A DNA stretch of 64,000 bases from a virus (Duplodnaviria > Heunggongvirae > Uroviricota > Caudoviricetes). The stretch is taken from the IMG/VR virus record IMGVR_UViG_3300022661_000054; one strand, written 5' to 3'. Below, piece after piece: positions 9,237 to 19,499 of the stretch (the first letter of the stretch is position 1; each line of letters begins with the position of its first letter). The notes under the pieces were generated by a model that was given only the letters and a program-made list of their open reading frames with translations, ran no database searches and was not told the DNA's origin. The position numbers and the translations under genes were made by a program.

Positions 9237-12200
9237 TATGCTTCCTCCTCATACTCAAAATTAAGAATACAATTACTTGCACCAAATGTTGGGTCTTTTT
9301 CTCTGCCTTGATCGTCTACTCCAGAATAGTAATTGTAATGTTGCTCTTCTGTCCATGGGAAATTAAATATAACAGGGTTATCCTGGCTACCAGAATTTAT
9401 GAAGGCTCCTGGATGAATATAGAAAGGCTGCTTGTCACCACTTTCAGTATTTTTAAAAGTTACACTCTTCAAAGTTGACATATATCCAAAAGCTCTCTCC
9501 ATGATGTTGGTTACAGTAGATGGGATTATAACACTTTCTAATATACATTGATTAAATACATAAGTTCTTATGTCAGTTAAGCCTTCTGGTAAGACTACTT
9601 CAGATAGCTTATAACACCAAGAAAAGCAAATATCACGTAATTCTTTTAGTGTACTTGGCAACACAACATTTTGTAGTTGCTCACAATGACTAAATGCATT
9701 GTCAGCAATAGAACTTACACCATTAGGTATTTCAATAGCTGTAATTGGCATTTTAGCAAAGCAATATCTACCAAGACTGACTACAGAACCATCTTGTGGA
9801 ATCTCGTTAGTTAGACCTTGAAGTAACTTTTTACTTTGTTTATCAATTAAACAATTTTGTTTAACTACAAATTTAGTATTGCCTTCTGCAACATTAATTT
9901 TCGTTAGCTTCAAGCATTCTGCAAAAGCGCCGTCATTAATAGTAGAAACATTAACTGGAATAGTTATTTCTTTTATTGTATCACAGCCTTGGAAAGCCCT
10001 TGAATCAATTGTTTCTAGAGAATCAGGTAAATTAATCAACTCCAATTCATCATGATCGTTAAAACCACCTAATCGTATTACAGTATAAGGCATGCCAGCG
10101 ACCTCAATATTTTTTGGTACAGTAACAGCAGCATTTTGATAGTTATTATATTTAATAATAGCCATTGTACCATCTGGATTGAGCGTATGCCCGACTTGTA
10201 GCTTTTCATTATAATCATAATATTCACCAATATCATAAATGTCTACTACATGCCAGGAGCTTTCTGATACCTTAAATTGTGCATAGCAAGTCATCGGACC
10301 AACAATTTTTTCTGGTGCTGGATGCCAACCAGTAAACTCATATATATCAGAAGATGGTACAACCGGAGTGGGATAGCCAGCGCCAAAGTAGTCTGCATCT
10401 TCACCATAAGGAACATAAATTTCAGCTAATAATTGGTTTCCCTCTGGGGCAGTTTGGTTTATAAATGTTATAAGATAACTACGCCTAATTGCCTCAAAAG
10501 CAGGATAAAGTATTCGATTACCAGCAACTCCAAGTAAAGCATCCGCATGAACACCCTCACCTAATTTTCTAGTCCAACCAATCCACTCGTAATTAAACTC
10601 TTCAGTAGAATCTTTAGTAGGCTTAGCAATCATACCTTCAGGCACTTGGCCATCGTCACCTAAATAGACCGGATCTTCACAATCAACTATCTCAGAATTA
10701 TATGATATAATGGTTTCACGATGTAGTACTGTTTCACCATCAGCACCCATAAATATAACATCTGAAGTCATTTCACCATATATAATATCAAGATAAGGAT
10801 AATGAGCTTTAATTTCTGTATACTCCTCACCTGTGAGCTTTGTAATATAGCAAGTACCAACTAAATAAGCGTCATCTAAAGGATTGTTTTTTTCGTCAAT
10901 ACCTCTTATACCACTAACAAGATTACCTGCTTCATCAAATACTGGAAACAAAGATGTGATAAAACTAGCATCAGCTAAAGGCATTTCTGCCGTGCCCCAC
11001 TCGATACCGGTAAGACGGACACGCTCAACAGTGTACTTGCCAGTATTATCGCAGCAATTTGCAAGTATTTCATTTGTATTCAAATTAGGACAGTTTTCTA
11101 TACACAAAGTTCTTATGTTTTGGTAACCCTCTACATAAAATCCGTCTATGAAGTCATCAGAACCGTTCTCTCCACGCTGTGGATACAAATAATGTTGATT
11201 TTTAATAACTAGCGTATTAATCGATGCAGGAAGATGAAGCGTCTTAATATAGCCACTAGTAGGCAGGTCTACTGAGGTAAGGTTAGTACCTTCAGTGTAA
11301 ATATGCTCAATATTAGGACATCCAGATAGCTCCAAAGTCTTTTGCGGATTTTCACCCGCAATACCAAGGCCTGAGCAGTTTCTTAAATCAATATAGCGCA
11401 ACAACCTATTAGAGCCTACTGAAATTTCACGGAAGTTATCATTATAATATGCAGAGTCTGGATTACCAACAGTTAGCTCTGTTAATTTTGCAGCATTACT
11501 TAGGTTAATAACACCACAATATAAACCAGACAAATCACCAAGAGAAGAGATTTCGCTGGCACCATAGATAGCGGTCTCAGTGTCACCGAATGTTTCATTC
11601 TCATTTAGCGGTTTAAATGTGTAAGATTCACCTGCTTTTAACCTTTGTTGCTGAAGTGTACCAGACTTATAACGAACGCCAGCATACATATCTGAGAAGG
11701 GTGTTATAGTAATATTAGGATTAGCAGGTACAACAGCCAAAGAAGCGTTGATACGATCAATTTCTTCCTGTGTAGCATCGTCAGCAGCCTTAGGAGTATA
11801 AATTCGTAAGAAAATATCATCACTCGGGTAGTTTCCTGCATACCACTTGCTATCACAGTAATTTATACGGTTATCAATAAAGTATCTTAAATGGTGCTCA
11901 CCAGGGCCACGAACTTGATAAAGGTTAGAAGCATCTATACCAGTTACTTCATTACCGTCTTCATCCTTATGAGCAACATGCTCTCTTGCCATAGAAACGT
12001 ATTTATAATCTGCGTCAGCGTTATAGATGGCAGCACTCCATTTATCAGAACCATTAGTAACGAATTGTTCTATAATTTTATTATAGGTTAGCTTTCCACT
12101 ACTTCTTAGTTCAGAATAAGTATCCTCGATCTCTTTTGGAAAACAGAGTCTGAAGTTGTTCCAAAGTACGCTATTCTGACCATTAAATACATTAGAAGAA

Positions 12201-15200
12201 CCGAGTTGATCAGTATCTTCGTGAAAATAGTCAAAAACTAGAGCACCTTCATTGTTGATACCAAAAATTGTGTCGTTATCATAGAAGTATGGATACCATC
12301 TAAAAACACCATCGTCCTCTTTCCAACGAGTAAGGAATAGGTTCTTAGCCCTCTGGTCAGTCATTAGCGCAAAGAACGTGAATACATAATACATGCTACT
12401 ATAATGCATGTTGAAGTAATTTTTAAATTCGTACTTAAACTTAGCTAATCTATACTCTTCATTGTCCTCAGTATAAGTTGTTTCACCATAAACTATAGGT
12501 TCAGTCAATGGTGCAGGGGTAATTGCTACTTTTTTACCATCTATAAGAGAATATGTAGCTGTACTGAGTACCCAATCATGCATTTCTTTAAAGTTAGCAA
12601 TGCAGTTAGACATTAAAGTAGCGAGCTCATTTCTTTGCGCGGATGTCATTGTACCTTTTCCGCTTGCTGCGAGCTCTTCAACTTCTTTTAGTTCTTCAAT
12701 ACGCTCAAAGTTAGCAGATTCTGGTACATATCTCGGTTCAAAGTCTTCTAGCCAATCAGCTGTGATCTCACCGGCGAAGTTTACTGTGTCAGAAGTGTTA
12801 TTACAGAATTCCCAACATTCTACGCCGTAGTCTTTATACTCTTCAGTAAATCCAAAAGCATTTTCAGCATCTTTATCATAGTTAAAGTTACCCTTAGATG
12901 AAAACACTGGTTCAGAGTCTTCAGTCTCTTTTTCAAAGATAATAATTGGGAAACCTTGAATCGTTGTACGTACTCTAGTATCATCTTTCTGCGGCGGGAG
13001 AATTACTTCTTCTCTATCATAAAAAGTTTCAACGTAATTAGCAACTCCTGTATTGTGGGTACCAGTAGCTTCTGCGTAATCTACTTTAACACAAAATACT
13101 TTTGCTGGAATGGCCCCAGGCATATGAGCCCTTGCTTCAGGAAGCTTTACTTTCCAGTTTTTACGAATATAGAACTGTGAAGAAGTACCTTGTACGTCAA
13201 TCTGGTCCAAAAGTACGTCAAAATTCATTTCTGGGTGCGTTGGGTCCTCAAACTTCATACGTGTAGTCTTCTTCTTTTTATCACCTTTATACGTAGGCAT
13301 TGGGCCTGTAAAAGTAATAATAGGAATCTGCCCGAGAGCTTTTACTCTATCATATGAAACCTTACCGTTTTCGTCTAATATATCATTATCCGTCATAAGC
13401 TGTAGTCTTGTAGTAGGCACAGTCTGGTCTGCAATATAGTTATTTAAAGCGGCAGATGTTGAAAGTGCTTTATTATAAATACGAATATTATAAATATCAA
13501 GTCCACATAAATTTGAACCCAGTTTAATAGTTAATGGGTTATTCTGCTGAAAGCTATCAGTGTCTGCATATCTTTGTACTCCAGAAAGAATACCGTCAAG
13601 ATATATAGAAACAAAACGAGAAGTCGTATCTGAATGTTCTACTGCTATAGCGACTCTAACACGCTCCTCATCTTTATATCTGCAAGAAACCTCTGTACCA
13701 GAGCTCTTTAAGAAAGCAGTATCTGGGGTTGCTCTGAAACCTTTAGAACCATCGAAACAATCGATTACAACAGCATCGCGGTCATTAACATCACGAACAA
13801 CAAACTCAAATTCAATGGTTTTACCATTAGCCTTAAAGTCTTCAGCAAAAGGTTTAAAGTTAATAATTGCTTTAGCATCACCATTTAGTCTTAAGCAGGT
13901 ATCACCGGCATTATCAGTAATCCAACCGTTAGATGTCCAGTTAAAACCCTCAAAAGAAGTAGTAACCGTGTTATATGTTTTGTCACCATCAGGTGCTTGA
14001 GTATATTCCCAAATGGCTGGATTTTGCTCATTATTTGAGCGACCTTGTGCAGACAGGTAGAGCTGCATACTGTCCTCTTCAGGTGATACATCTACCTCAA
14101 GCTCTGCCACCCTCACAGTATGTGATTTAGTAATAGTCGTTTGTACACCATACAAATTATAAGTATAACTAATTTCAAATACTGCAATACCATTTGGATA
14201 TTTTCTCGTATTCCAGAATTGCTGGCTACGGTCTACAGTAATAGATGTTCTGTCTATTTCAATTAATTCGCCAGCTACCTGAGAGTACACAATAAGTTCG
14301 ATATCACTATTAATTTTAGCAGGGTCATAAACCATGTAAGGAATTGATACAAGGTCACCCTGAGTAGCTTCCTCAAAGTCATACACAGATGTGATAATAG
14401 CAGTATTGTTATCATTCTCAATACAAATAATCTCATACTCAAGAATATTAGAAGTAACAGTATTGTCGCCAACAACTGCGGATACATGAGCAGTAATTTT
14501 ATGGCATCCATGAGCTTGCTTCGGAATTAGCAAGGTTATTTCATTACCACTAACACTTGCGCCAAGTTTTTTAATAGAAACCTCTGCGCCATCTACTAAG
14601 ATATAGGCAGTCTTTTCTATCTGCCCAAATACTTTATATCTGAATGTAATAGCATCATTAAAAATTTGTGTACTATTAAAAGCAGATTCAAGACGGAGTT
14701 CAATCTGTGAAATGGTATATACTAAAGTTCTCAAAGAACCATACTGGTCAGTACAAGTTACCTTAACAGTATTTGAACCATTTTTTAAATGATCTGCAAC
14801 ATTCAAAGACTTAGCTATTCCATGTTGAATACTACCAGATAGAGTCTCAATTTTTTTATCATTTATAACAACAGAATAAACACCATCACCAGTAGGTACT
14901 TCATTTTCGAATGATGTATAAGTGAAATTAATCAATGCTTCATTACCCTTTGAAATAGTAAATGAAGTAGAAGGAAGATTATTTATTACTCTAACCGTGG
15001 AGATGCTTCCACCACCACCTGTGCCTCCAGTAATAGTTACTGGGTCACCAACCGGTATATCTTTAGAAGTTAACCATAGCTGATTGTCTTCGTAGAGCAA
15101 ACCATCAACAGCGTTAGAAGGAATATAGCTAGGTAGACTTGCTTTAAGAGCGTCGAGGTCATCACCAATAGCTCTAACTGCATCACCAGCAGAAGCGTGA

Positions 15201-16990
15201 TCTATACCATTATAACCGAGTCTGATGTCAATTACCTCTTCATCTCTAGTAAGCTCTCCCGGCTTAGGTGCTATAAGGTTATTTATACGTTTTGACTGTA
15301 ATTCCAGCTCTGTATTTGTTTCAGTTATTCTGGTCGTGTTAGCTTCAACAACTTCACCAAGTTCATATAATTCTTTTTCTAGCTCTTCTTTGTTCGTTTT
15401 AATACTACTAGTAACTGCGCTTATTTCAGCGCTTATAGAATTTTGAGTATCTTTTATTTGTTTATCTAAAGAATCAAGCGTTTCCTGTTTTTCTATAAAG
15501 GTTAGATTAGTTGTAGATCTAAGTGATTCAACATTTTCAGTTAGCTCTGATTTTGTTTCCTCAATTGTTTTAGCTACGGAGTTCTCAATATTAGTTATTG
15601 ATTGAACTATTTTAGTATCAACTTTATCTGATAAAGCATTTAAATTGGCGTCTACTTTTGCAATTTCATCTGTTAAGCGACTGTCAGTCTGATTAAGAGC
15701 CTCAGAAACATATGCAATTTCGGTAGCTAAAGTATTTTTAGTCTGGTTAATTTTAGCATTTAATACATTTTCTACTGCATATACCTTGTTTAAAATCATT
15801 ATATCATCATCTACGAGATCAGCAATCTCTGCATAGATTTTTGTGACATAATTAAGCAGTGTTGTTAATAAATTTTCATAAGAAGCCTTTTGAGCTTGAT
15901 CAGCTACTGTAATTTCATCAGCAATTCTAGTAAATCTATCATTAGTATCTTTTTCTAAATTATCTAATTCTGCCTGTATGCTGGCGGTAATTGCAGTAAG
16001 TATATTACTTACCTCATAAATTTTATTTAAAAGCAGCACATCATCATTACTCAGCTGTTCATTTAAAGAATTAATCTGAGTTAGAATATTATTAACACTA
16101 TCTGAACTTTGCTGTTTAAAGCTATTTAATTCTTGACCTAATGTGCCGTCTGCTATTATAAGGTCCTCTATTTGTTGTACAAGCTCAGACAATTTATTTT
16201 TATGCTGATCATCGACCATGGTGAGCTGAATTTCAAAATTAGCAATAGCATCCTGCAGGTCTTTAGACTGCTTTGTATCTGTATCATTAATAAGTTTACG
16301 TAATGCTTTGTCAGTTGATATACAGTCATTTATTTTATTAGATAGCTCAGCAGCTTTTGTAGCCAGTTCATTATATAAATTTTGAACTTCAACTGAATGT
16401 AAATTTTCAAGTTCTTCTGCTTTGCTCTGAATTTTAACATCAAGTTCTGTGATTGCAGGATGAATGTGTTCTTCTAAAGTAGCCACTAATCCGTTAACGT
16501 TTTGTTCTAGAGCTTTAAGTTGCTTAGTTGTGCCAGTAGCTTTGTTACTTATCTCTTTACCAAGCTTTTCATCTAGCGACGCAATGCTCATAGCTAGATC
16601 GGAACTTGTCGATTCTGCGAGTTTATCCAGTTTTTCTTCAAGTACTTCAACATTTGATGAAATTGAGTCGGATAAAGCTTCTTCAGCCTTTGTGAGCTTC
16701 TCATCTAAATTCTCTACCGTTACGAGCAAAGCACCTTGTGTGCTCTTTATCTTAGATACTTTAGTGTCAAAAGTTTTTTCAGTTAAATTTATTTTTTTAA
16801 GTAGCTCAGTTTTTGTTGTGTCATCTACATATGGTAAATCTAAAAATTTAGTCTTACCATTACCTATTTTGCATTTACGAGACCCATCAAAGCACTCTTC
16901 TATAACAAGTTCACAGTTTTCAGGTACTAAATTAATTTTTTGCCATTCCTCTGTAGTACCTCTACGATGTCTTATGATATTATATGCCAT
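9236..16990 (-). CDS. Giant multidomain fibre/appendage protein (2584 aa). Domain order: N-terminal anchor, long coiled coil, LamG/ConA-like lectin, CotH-like domain, LRR-like region, BspA-type LRR region
   Basis: Single uninterrupted ORF with TGGAG RBS. Residues 1-55 carry the anchor motif (RHRRGTTEEWQKINLVPENCELVI...KIGNGKTKFLDLPYV). Residues 60-590 show heptad, Leu/Glu-rich coiled coil. A Laminin_G_3-like segment ends in DIYNIRIYNKALS. A CotH-like core reads AKNLFLTRWKEDDGVFRWYPYFYDNDTIFG. LRR-like segments include LxxLxLxxC and LPDSLETIDSRAFQGC. Confidence 0.9.
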   Translation of the reverse strand: MAYNIIRHRRGTTEEWQKINLVPENCELVIEECFDGSRKCKIGNGKTKFLDLPYVDDTTKTELLKKINLTEKTFDTKVSKIKSTQGALLVTVENLDEKLTKAEEALSDSISSNVEVLEEKLDKLAESTSSDLAMSIASLDEKLGKEISNKATGTTKQLKALEQNVNGLVATLEEHIHPAITELDVKIQSKAEELENLHSVEVQNLYNELATKAAELSNKINDCISTDKALRKLINDTDTKQSKDLQDAIANFEIQLTMVDDQHKNKLSELVQQIEDLIIADGTLGQELNSFKQQSSDSVNNILTQINSLNEQLSNDDVLLLNKIYEVSNILTAITASIQAELDNLEKDTNDRFTRIADEITVADQAQKASYENLLTTLLNYVTKIYAEIADLVDDDIMILNKVYAVENVLNAKINQTKNTLATEIAYVSEALNQTDSRLTDEIAKVDANLNALSDKVDTKIVQSITNIENSVAKTIEETKSELTENVESLRSTTNLTFIEKQETLDSLDKQIKDTQNSISAEISAVTSSIKTNKEELEKELYELGEVVEANTTRITETNTELELQSKRINNLIAPKPGELTRDEEVIDIRLGYNGIDHASAGDAVRAIGDDLDALKASLPSYIPSNAVDGLLYEDNQLWLTSKDIPVGDPVTITGGTGGGGSISTVRVINNLPSTSFTISKGNEALINFTYTSFENEVPTGDGVYSVVINDKKIETLSGSIQHGIAKSLNVADHLKNGSNTVKVTCTDQYGSLRTLVYTISQIELRLESAFNSTQIFNDAITFRYKVFGQIEKTAYILVDGAEVSIKKLGASVSGNEITLLIPKQAHGCHKITAHVSAVVGDNTVTSNILEYEIICIENDNNTAIITSVYDFEEATQGDLVSIPYMVYDPAKINSDIELIVYSQVAGELIEIDRTSITVDRSQQFWNTRKYPNGIAVFEISYTYNLYGVQTTITKSHTVRVAELEVDVSPEEDSMQLYLSAQGRSNNEQNPAIWEYTQAPDGDKTYNTVTTSFEGFNWTSNGWITDNAGDTCLRLNGDAKAIINFKPFAEDFKANGKTIEFEFVVRDVNDRDAVVIDCFDGSKGFRATPDTAFLKSSGTEVSCRYKDEERVRVAIAVEHSDTTSRFVSIYLDGILSGVQRYADTDSFQQNNPLTIKLGSNLCGLDIYNIRIYNKALSTSAALNNYIADQTVPTTRLQLMTDNDILDENGKVSYDRVKALGQIPIITFTGPMPTYKGDKKKKTTRMKFEDPTHPEMNFDVLLDQIDVQGTSSQFYIRKNWKVKLPEARAHMPGAIPAKVFCVKVDYAEATGTHNTGVANYVETFYDREEVILPPQKDDTRVRTTIQGFPIIIFEKETEDSEPVFSSKGNFNYDKDAENAFGFTEEYKDYGVECWEFCNNTSDTVNFAGEITADWLEDFEPRYVPESANFERIEELKEVEELAASGKGTMTSAQRNELATLMSNCIANFKEMHDWVLSTATYSLIDGKKVAITPAPLTEPIVYGETTYTEDNEEYRLAKFKYEFKNYFNMHYSSMYYVFTFFALMTDQRAKNLFLTRWKEDDGVFRWYPYFYDNDTIFGINNEGALVFDYFHEDTDQLGSSNVFNGQNSVLWNNFRLCFPKEIEDTYSELRSSGKLTYNKIIEQFVTNGSDKWSAAIYNADADYKYVSMAREHVAHKDEDGNEVTGIDASNLYQVRGPGEHHLRYFIDNRINYCDSKWYAGNYPSDDIFLRIYTPKAADDATQEEIDRINASLAVVPANPNITITPFSDMYAGVRYKSGTLQQQRLKAGESYTFKPLNENETFGDTETAIYGASEISSLGDLSGLYCGVINLSNAAKLTELTVGNPDSAYYNDNFREISVGSNRLLRYIDLRNCSGLGIAGENPQKTLELSGCPNIEHIYTEGTNLTSVDLPTSGYIKTLHLPASINTLVIKNQHYLYPQRGENGSDDFIDGFYVEGYQNIRTLCIENCPNLNTNEILANCCDNTGKYTVERVRLTGIEWGTAEMPLADASFITSLFPVFDEAGNLVSGIRGIDEKNNPLDDAYLVGTCYITKLTGEEYTEIKAHYPYLDIIYGEMTSDVIFMGADGETVLHRETIISYNSEIVDCEDPVYLGDDGQVPEGMIAKPTKDSTEEFNYEWIGWTRKLGEGVHADALLGVAGNRILYPAFEAIRRSYLITFINQTAPEGNQLLAEIYVPYGEDADYFGAGYPTPVVPSSDIYEFTGWHPAPEKIVGPMTCYAQFKVSESSWHVVDIYDIGEYYDYNEKLQVGHTLNPDGTMAIIKYNNYQNAAVTVPKNIEVAGMPYTVIRLGGFNDHDELELINLPDSLETIDSRAFQGCDTIKEITIPVNVSTINDGAFAECLKLTKINVAEGNTKFVVKQNCLIDKQSKKLLQGLTNEIPQDGSVVSLGRYCFAKMPITAIEIPNGVSSIADNAFSHCEQLQNVVLPSTLKELRDICFSWCYKLSEVVLPEGLTDIRTYVFNQCILESVIIPSTVTNIMERAFGYMSTLKSVTFKNTESGDKQPFYIHPGAFINSGSQDNPVIFNFPWTEEQHYNYYSGVDDQGREKDPTFGASNCILNFEYEEEA
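9431..10063 (-). other. BspA-type leucine-rich-repeat region (about residues 2310-2520)
   Basis: Repeating units: LPDSLETIDSRAFQGCDTIKEITIP, INDGAFAECLKLTKINV, IADNAFSHCEQLQNVVLP, IMERAFGYMSTLKSVTF. Confidence 0.55.
11891..12493 (-). other. CotH-like domain in the giant protein (about residues 1500-1700)
   Basis: The motif AKNLFL...WYPYFYDNDTIFG is paralogous to the motif in the 3323..4639 product. Confidence 0.45.
13436..13903 (-). other. LamG / concanavalin-A-like lectin domain (about residues 1030-1185)
   Basis: The segment LRLNGDAKAI...IDCFDGSKGF...FVSIYLDGILSG...DIYNIRIYNKALS is the typical Laminin_G_3 C-terminal signature. Confidence 0.6.
15221..16813 (-). other. Coiled-coil stalk of the giant protein (about residues 60-590)
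   Basis: Heptad-like L/I/E/K/N-rich sequence with no Pro or Gly runs. Confidence 0.6.
16826..16990 (-). other. N-terminal anchor domain of the giant protein
   Basis: Residues 1-55 match the shared fibre N-terminal motif. Confidence 0.6.
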
Positions 16991-17054
16991 AAGCTTAACT
17001 CCAATCTACTTGTTTTATTGTTCGTATAATTTAGCAAATAGATTAAAAAAAATT

Positions 17055-17082
17055 AAGCAGGTGACCTTAAGGTCACCTGCTT
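17055..17082 (-). terminator. Intrinsic terminator after gene 17107..19398
   Basis: Perfect 28-nt palindrome aagcaggtgacc-ttaa-ggtcacctgctt followed by TTTTTTTT on the minus strand. Confidence 0.75.
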
Positions 17083-17106
17083 AAAACATATATTAGTATC
17101 TAATTA

Positions 17107-19398
17107 TTACTTTGTTTCGTCTATTACAGTATCAGCAGTGCCGCAGTCAATTATGAACCAACCACCAAATCTATCCTCAAGGGCAGTAACACGACCATCT
17201 ACAGCAGAAATAGCAGCAGTGTTATCAGCAACTTCATTTTCCTTAAGAGCTTTTACCTGATCATCAGCATGTTTTTTAGCAGCAGCCTCTGCAGCAGGAA
17301 TTGTAGTATTTACAGCTGTATCGATTCTAGCGTTAATCTGAGTATCAGCAGCAGCAAATTCACTACGAATAGCAGCCTCCTGACCTTCAGCTCTAGATTT
17401 CTCGGTAGCGATAGCTGTAGTATTCTCACCAATTTTACCAGTATTAGCAGCAATATCGGATGCGTTCTTCTCAACAACAGTCTTTAGCCCAAACTTACCA
17501 TCAGCTTCTGTCTTAGTATAAACGTTACCAAGAGCCTGCTCTGTGGCATTCTTATCTGTTTCGTAAGTAGCTTTGTCAACTTTCTTACCAAGCTCGGTCT
17601 CAACATCTGTCTTTAGAGCATGCTTTGCAGACTCTGTCTCAAGAGCAGTGATCTTGCCCTCAGCTGTAGTCATACGACCTTCAAGAGCAGTTACGCCAGC
17701 AGCTGCCCCTTCAGCAGTTGTTTTTACGCCATCAACAACGTCTTCAAGTGCATCAACGTCATCCTGAGCAGCATCCGCTGCAGCCTGCGCAAGAGCAGCA
17801 TTATCGATACCAGTCTGGCCCTTTGCAGCTGCAGCTTCTACAGCAGCCTTAATAGTACCATCAAAACCTGCAGTTAGCGTTTCAAGACTACCAACTTTGC
17901 CTTCGAGAGTAGTTGCACGGCCTTCAACTGCGGTTGCACGACCTTCAAGAGCATCAATGTCATCCTCTGCTGTATCCATACGGTCACTAAGTGCTTCGAT
18001 AGCATCAGCATTGGCTGCAATATCCTCTACCATTTTGCCGGCGGCGGTGTCATCATCAGTGATATATTTTTGAATCTCTACTAAAGTGTCAAGAGCTTTG
18101 TCAATAGTAACAGAGTTACCTTCAGCATCTTTTGGATCAAAGAATGCTTCAACTTTATCAAGACGCTCGTCAAGAGCTGCTTCAGCCGCTTCAGCACGAC
18201 CCTTTTCAGTAGTTACAAGACCTTCAACTCTAGTAATCTCAGCAGTAACAGCTGAATTGTTATCAGTAATAGCCTTAGTATTTGCCGCAACAGTTTCTGC
18301 AAGAGCATTTACCTGAGAGGTAGTCTCACCTTTAGCGGCCTCAATAGCTTCACCCTTAGCAGTTGCAATAGCAGAAGTATAAGCATCAGTTACATTAGTG
18401 ATAGCAGTCTCTCTGTCGCTCTTTTCAGTTACAATAGCATTAGCATTATTAGAGATAAGACCAGCAAGTCTGGTATCCTCAGCAACGAGCTCTGCATCTT
18501 TTGTATTTAAAGTATTAACAGCGCTAGAAAGTGCACTAGCAGCAGTCGCTTCAGCGGCAGCCTGTGCTTCAGAAGCCTTAGTCTCTGCGTGAGACTTTGC
18601 AGCAGACTCTGCAGCACTAGCCTTAGAAGCAGCATCAGCCTTAGCTGCCTCAAGAGTCGCTGCGTCGCCAGTAGCAATAGTACCATTGTTACCTACGAGA
18701 GCGTCGATACGACCACCAAGAGCAGAGTCAGCAGCTTCAAGTGCAGACTTAGCAGTAGCTAACGCACCAGCAGCAGTTGCTTCGGCCGCAGTCTGAGCAG
18801 CATTTGCTTTTCCGTCTGCATAGCTCTTTAGCTCATCATCAGACATTGCCTTACCTGCGATGTAAGCATTATAAACACTCTTATCGAGTTTATCATTACC
18901 TAGGTTTGTAATAGTGCCTTCAGCGGTTTCAAGACGTTCATCAAGAGCATCAATCTGACCCTGAACAGAATCTTCACCATCGAATTTGCCTTCGAGTGCA
19001 ACGATTCTGGAATCTAAACCATTTGTAATAGCCTTCACATCTGCTTCAGTATAATAATCAAAGGTAACTGACTCGATAATATTATCTTTAGCATCTAAGA
19101 AGCGAAGAACTTTACCAGAGCGGTCAATCTTTGCAGCCTTAGCCCAACTATAAACATCAGCTGCGAGGGAGGAAGCCCATTTTAGATCCTTAAAAGGGGT
19201 AGTACCATCACCAATTTTAAAAAGTGTTGTAGGAGCGGTCTGCGCGCCTTCACTCTTATTTTCTATAGCACAGATACCGAGCTCACCTTTTAAAAGTACG
19301 AGATTTGCTCCTAGGTCAGTCTTAGACTCGTCATGCCAGTGATCATAAGTATCATACTTAAGAGCAATTCTAGTTTGTAATTTCTTTACATCAGCCAT
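17107..19398 (-). CDS. Ala-rich coiled-coil fibre protein (763 aa) with the N-terminal anchor motif
   Basis: The N-terminus ...HWHDESKTDLGANLVLLKGELGIC...LFKIGDGTTPFKDLKWAS is followed by a long A/E/T-rich heptad region. RBS is AGGAGATAAATAATT. Confidence 0.85.
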   Translation of the reverse strand: MADVKKLQTRIALKYDTYDHWHDESKTDLGANLVLLKGELGICAIENKSEGAQTAPTTLFKIGDGTTPFKDLKWASSLAADVYSWAKAAKIDRSGKVLRFLDAKDNIIESVTFDYYTEADVKAITNGLDSRIVALEGKFDGEDSVQGQIDALDERLETAEGTITNLGNDKLDKSVYNAYIAGKAMSDDELKSYADGKANAAQTAAEATAAGALATAKSALEAADSALGGRIDALVGNNGTIATGDAATLEAAKADAASKASAAESAAKSHAETKASEAQAAAEATAASALSSAVNTLNTKDAELVAEDTRLAGLISNNANAIVTEKSDRETAITNVTDAYTSAIATAKGEAIEAAKGETTSQVNALAETVAANTKAITDNNSAVTAEITRVEGLVTTEKGRAEAAEAALDERLDKVEAFFDPKDAEGNSVTIDKALDTLVEIQKYITDDDTAAGKMVEDIAANADAIEALSDRMDTAEDDIDALEGRATAVEGRATTLEGKVGSLETLTAGFDGTIKAAVEAAAAKGQTGIDNAALAQAAADAAQDDVDALEDVVDGVKTTAEGAAAGVTALEGRMTTAEGKITALETESAKHALKTDVETELGKKVDKATYETDKNATEQALGNVYTKTEADGKFGLKTVVEKNASDIAANTGKIGENTTAIATEKSRAEGQEAAIRSEFAAADTQINARIDTAVNTTIPAAEAAAKKHADDQVKALKENEVADNTAAISAVDGRVTALEDRFGGWFIIDCGTADTVIDETK

Positions 19399-19446
19399 AA
19401 TTATTTATCTCCTATAAAAATTTAATAAAATTTAATTTATTTTAGC

Positions 19447-19479
19447 AGGTTACTTGGCATAATTAATGCCAAGTAACCT
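19447..19479 (-). terminator. Intrinsic terminator after gene 19500..22313
   Basis: A 14-bp perfect stem (aggttacttggcat / atgccaagtaacct) is followed by an AT/T-rich tract on the minus strand. Confidence 0.6.
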
Positions 19480-19499
19480 ATTTAATTTAGCTTATTATT

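Noticed and set aside
16464-17084. 206-aa plus-strand ORF, and similar plus-strand ORFs such as 13560..14000, 22581..22940, 51498..51845, 31655..31966 and 58089..58413
   Set aside because: They lie entirely inside, or antisense to, long well-supported minus-strand genes. They have low-complexity S/L-rich translations and no RBS. They are antisense shadow ORFs.
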